From the NCBI GenBank assembly GCA_963714275.1, contig CAVQNT010000006.1, forward strand, positions 470,591 to 534,590: 64,000 bases of DNA, given 5' to 3'. Under the pieces are notes generated by a model, which was not told the DNA's origin, ran no database searches, and saw nothing but the letters and a program-made list of their open reading frames with translations. Both the position numbers and the translations under genes were made by a program. The stretch comes from Candidatus Bathyarchaeota archaeon (GTDB taxonomy: Archaea > Thermoproteota > Bathyarchaeia > Bathyarchaeales > DTEX01). Positions 62,711 to 64,000 of this stretch are shown here, in pieces. Every line of letters begins with the position of its first letter. Position 1 is the first letter of the stretch.

Positions 62711-64000
62711 TTATTTATCAATTGTGAGCTTAACAGCAATGTCTTTGCTAAGGGTTTCGATTAGAAGCGGGATTTTTCCTCCTACTGCTTGAAGAGATTC
62801 TCTTTTGATAACGATACCTGTGTAAGTGTCCCACCACTCAACAGTGTACGTTTCCGTCTTTGAAGCCGAGAAGCTCGAGCTCCACCGACTCCAAGGGTTC
62901 AATAGGCATTTGGTTGACCACGTTCCACCATGTGTGTTCTTTATTCTGTATCCAAACCATCGCGAAAGTGCCGTTGGATAAACCCATGACCCTTGCTTTG
63001 CTGCTTTTCAGCACCGCTTTTGTGAATATCACGTAGTCTATCGTGAACCAGTCGTTGCCGCCGTTGTCGAGCTTGACTTGTGTCTGCCAGCTAGAACAGG
63101 AACTGATACGTCAAGGTTATACTCGTTAACGAAGCCGTCGTTTTTCCTGTCAATGTCGGTCAGGTTGACTGTTTTCACGAGTGAACCGTCAATAAAGATT
63201 TTGAGAACCGCGCCTGAGTTTGCTACCGAATTCACGTGGACCACGACTTCGCCTCCGTACGTAAAATTGACGATGAACGTGGGGTTGTTCCTGAGTCAGG
63301 GTGGAATGCGCCGTGAATGTAACCACTGAGCTGAGAAGCATTGCCAATATTGCCATACAGGTCAACCTCGAAAACATTCGCTTCAGGCATACTCCAGCCT
63401 AAGCTTGGGTACACCGTTAAATTGCACAGGTCATAGACATTAATCTGCGCAGGCTCAACAAATTGCACTTCTAAAGCTCTTAGCCCAGCTTCGTCTGGCT
63501 TGATTCCTTCAAGGTATCGGCTTAGAGCCTTAAAATGGTAGTAAAGATTGTTTTGGGTGGATGTAGTTGTCCCACCACCACAACATTGCTGACGATGCTG
63601 ACCCAGAATGAACCGAAGACCAGATGCCATTGTGAATCTGTACTCCATCAACGTCTTTTGTCGTGTATGAGTCATCTGACCACCTCCAGTCCGCACCGAA
63701 CTCAGCTAAAATCACAGGCTTATGGTATTGCTGTATTAGGTCGCTGATCAAGTCAAGAACTGCGCCACCAATGTCAAGAAAGCCCGTTGGACCATACCTG
63801 TGCACTGTCAGCAGATCCAAGGATTGCAGACTACCGAAACTGCAGTCAGAGCTCGTGGTTATCAGGTGTCCGTATGGATCATTGTTTCTGATAAATTCAG
63901 CCATATTGTTGTGCCATTCGCTGACCTTCACGAAATCATAATTGTCGGTTAGCTCAACCTCGTTCCACAGTTCCCAAGCCAAAATGTTTGTGCTGTATCC
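62711..64000 (-). pseudogene. GH5-like glycoside hydrolase with C-terminal beta-sandwich region; partial at window edge, at least 4 frame breaks
   Basis: AWELWNEVE (acid/base NE) and PVILAEFG (nucleophile) in 63530-64000. Downstream pieces lie in other frames (63232-63696, 63038-63244, 62838-63032, 62711-62902). Confidence 0.6.

Overview
Archaeal chromosomal segment, identified by an archaeal-type 16S rRNA, thermosome, TFE, Alba, aMBF1, NAC, L35Ae, S6e, tRNA-splicing endonuclease EndA, Elp3 and archaeal/eukaryal-type GlyRS. All family assignments are by-eye motif recognition; no searches were run.

Layout:
- 0-20 kb: informational and housekeeping genes plus small-molecule enzymes, including two TFE paralogs.
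- 21.16-22.66 kb: a stand-alone 16S rRNA gene with a 15-bp flanking processing stem. I saw no 23S, 5S or tRNA nearby.
- 23-35 kb: transglutaminase-like protein, S6e, a TrmB-like regulator, a two-component module (7TM protein, histidine kinase, receiver) next to a GH3-family adenylating enzyme, and small unknown genes.
- 35.97-51.19 kb: an AT-rich integrated element of about 15.2 kb. It is bounded by 22-bp perfect direct repeats (26-27 bp with one indel) that duplicate the 3-prime end of endA. A third 16-bp partial copy lies at 35.12 kb.
- 51-64 kb: endA, DUF47/PhoU-like, glyS, elp3 and a sugar cluster (xylulokinase, epimerase-like, PGI, two large glycoside hydrolases, the last running off the window).

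The element has no recognisable integrase, replicase or capsid gene. It does carry a concentration of nuclease and NTPase genes:
- a wHTH plus Mrr-like PD-(D/E)xK protein followed by a GNAT;
- a heavily degraded ABC-ATPase fused to a DUF4435/Toprim-like domain (OLD/PARIS-like);
- a PLD/HKD nuclease;
- a small FtsK/HerA-like P-loop ATPase;
- a Vsr-like endonuclease.
It also holds two iteron-rich non-coding regions and a 74-bp palindromic operator-like site.

Main caveat: roughly 35 frame disruptions are present, mostly single-base and often at homopolymers, plus three in-frame stops. Clearly essential genes are hit, so most are probably consensus errors and every pseudogene call here is provisional.
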